A DNA stretch of 61,136 bases, counting the filler, from Bonamia ostreae (Eukaryota), in assembly GCA_040357525.1 (NCBI GenBank). It is 13 parts of 13 records of this genome, joined end to end, with 100 filler letters (N's around TTAATTAATTAA, not from the genome) between each part and the next. Parts side by side here need not be neighbours in the genome. Positions count along the whole stretch, not along the records: positions 56,580 to 61,136 come from JBDODL010000294.1; 12 more parts are not named here. One strand, written 5' to 3'. Numbering within the stretch: the first letter of the stretch is position 1; each line of letters begins with the position of its first letter. Under the pieces are notes generated by a model that ran no database searches, had not been told where the DNA came from, and saw nothing but the letters and a program-made list of their open reading frames with translations. Both the position numbers and the translations under genes were made by a program. Below, piece after piece: positions 58,991 to 61,136 of this stretch.

Positions 58991-60600
58991 ATGAAAACAA
59001 AAAATGGATCAAAATTTAAAAAGCTGCGATTAATGATAATGAGCAAATTTTTGATTGACCAAACATCGATAAAATTCTACAAAAGAAAAAGAATGTTGTT
59101 GTTTCGATTTATGGTCGAAAAATTAAATCTGGAGAAAAATAAATATGCTTTGAAAAACGCAGAAATGGATAATGTTGCTTTGTTTTATTTGTTGGCAAAA
59201 TCAAATCTTTCTCGTGAAAATGAAGAGAAAAATATGATTATTTCAAAATTAAGTTTTTGGTTTAAGTGATAAATTTTTGGTTCAAATTTACAAAAATTTT
59301 AATTTTGAAACGATAAATAATTTAAAAAAATGAACGATAAAATAGAGCATAAATCATGTTGTTTGGCAAATTCAAGAGATAAATTGGTTTTAAATTTGCA
59401 TAAAAGTCAAAACAGGGAAAATGATTTAAAAAATTTATTGACAAAATATAAAAACAGAAAAAATGGATGGGCGAAAATTAAAAGAAAAACATTTTCTTCG
59501 ATTTTTGACGTTTTTAAATTAAATATTAAAAATTTGATCAAAACTTGAAAAAATATTAAAGGAATTTAAAATTTTAAATAAAAAGACAAGAGACAGAACA
59601 TCTTTTATAATAATATTGTTAACAAAATTATCATCAAATTTTAGCGAGAAAGAATTTGCGGAATTTAAAAATCAAAAGGATTTTTCTGTTTTTCTGAAAA
59701 ATATGGTAAATTCCAGCCTTTCCAAACAAATTAATTTGTTTGTTAATAATCAGAGTTTTCAAAAACATATTGTTTTTAATTTTAAAATTTGCAAATTTTG
59801 ATAAAAATAATAATTATTAAAAAATAACCAAATCGACAAAAATTTGTATTAATTAAGATAATAAAAAGATAAATTTATTGCGAAGAAAAAATGATTTGCT
59901 ATTAAAGAAAATGAGAGATGTTGAAGAACAAATTAATATTTACAGATTAAATAATCTTAAGTTAAAATGTTTTGGAAGAATGAAATCAAAAATAATCAAA
60001 ATTTACTGTTTTCGGGAAATATTGGCTCACAAAAATATCAGTTTTTAATTAAAAAATTTCAGTCTTTTAACAAAATAATTTAATTGTAAAAAGGTAAAAT
60101 ATTGATAAAACTGATGGAAACAAATAAATCTAAAAATCTAATTAATCGAAAACATGGATGGAGCACTTTAAAATCTTATTTTTTGCCTCAATATGCCAAT
60201 GAGGCTAGATATAAATGCAACAAACTTTTGTTACTGGAAGAACTTTATTTCAAGAAAAAAATGATTGATGTTCGCTCTGAAAACGAATCTCTTTGGAATA
60301 AAAATGTTTTGAAAGATTTTATCCTCGATTTTTGTAATTTTATCATTTTTGCAGATTAAAAATTTTTTTACATTCGTCTTAACAAAGAAACAATTACAAA
60401 TACAATTACAACGACTAAAATTAAACTCGACGCAACAAAAAAACGATATGAAATGTTTAAGGTACTTGACAAAGTTACCAGTAATGGAAAGAGGCAAAGG
60501 ATGGAAGAAACTGAGAAAATTGTATCTTGAAAATACACAAAATGATTCGAAAATTGATAATATCAAAAAGTTGTTGCAAAATTATTTAAATCGACCTTGA
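58991..60600 (+). CDS. Hypothetical Lys/Asn-rich multi-exon protein
   Basis: A chain of short + strand ORFs separated by GTT..AG-like breaks. No family recognised. Confidence 0.3.
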
Positions 60601-61136
60601 AATGTGATTTTATGTTCAAACCTTTTCTATTGTTACAATGTATCCAGATAAAGTAACAAAAATATTTAATTAATAACAGAAAAGCCAATCATATTTTGCG
60701 CCATATCCCATTTACCCCTCTCCAAATCATAAGAGAATAGTGGCGGAAGATAATTTGCTCCCAAATCATTCGCTATCAATTCCAAATCGAAACTTTTCGA
60801 TTCTCCCTTTTCTATTTTTCTTTAAACAAAGCGGTTTTGCAAAATTATTGCGTTATTAAAAAATTTAATTTGCGCCATTAAAATGAAAACCCGATGTACA
60901 CTACTTTACTAAGACAAACAACAAATTTTTTTTCAGCCATTGAACCATTTTTCAAAAACTGAAAATCAAAATTTAACAATTGCGGCAATGTCATAATTTT
61001 TGAATTATTAGAATTTGATTTTAAATTGATTTTGTCATTTCTATCAGAAAACGAAGCGACTTCAAATGTAAAGTCTTTCCCCAATTTGTTTAAAGGTTGC
61101 TCTATGAACAAACATATATCCATTCTCTTGTTTTTC

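Noticed and set aside
1-61136. Ciliate-type genetic code or chlorarachniophyte nucleomorph as the source of fragmented ORFs and tiny introns
   Set aside because: TAA and TGA terminate conserved proteins at the expected ends and the breaks are explained by introns. Mitochondrial, GPI, secretory and adhesin genes do not fit a nucleomorph.
1-61136. tRNA, rRNA, snRNA genes or CRISPR arrays
   Set aside because: None recognised by eye. Divergent snRNAs cannot be excluded without a covariance-model search.

Overview
AT-rich eukaryotic (protist) genomic DNA. It is not one locus: it is about 13 unrelated ~4.6-kb contigs, roughly sorted by size and joined by artificial N-TTAATTAATTAA-N spacers, so gene order across spacers means nothing. 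Genes are tightly packed and use the standard code (TAA, TGA and TAG stops). They are broken by many very short spliceosomal GT-AG introns (mostly 18-30 nt) with an atypical GTT(T) donor and no polypyrimidine tract, so the ORF track fragments most genes. Splicing by hand recovers Hsp70, USP14, p24/TMED, a bZIP factor, TPK1, an Unkempt-like protein, PIG-S, a PGAP4-like protein, SLC34, MBF1, SDHAF4, NOG2, CPSF160, CDT1, NAXE, SPO11, a PUF protein, NMNAT, MSH4, a C2H2 protein and coactosin, plus many parasite-like surface proteins. The most striking items are: (i) tandem Cys-rich type-I surface protein genes in which each 6-Cys repeat is its own frame-preserving phase-1 exon; (ii) the GTT-donor mini-intron system; (iii) a full-length, mitochondrion-targeted F1-ATPase alpha homolog that has lost its P-loop; (iv) a Cys-rich mini-collagen; (v) an expanded sushi/CCP membrane protein family. 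An ascetosporean (Rhizaria, Bonamia-like) parasite is my best guess for the organism, but this is inference only. All splice models were made by eye and have no RNA support.
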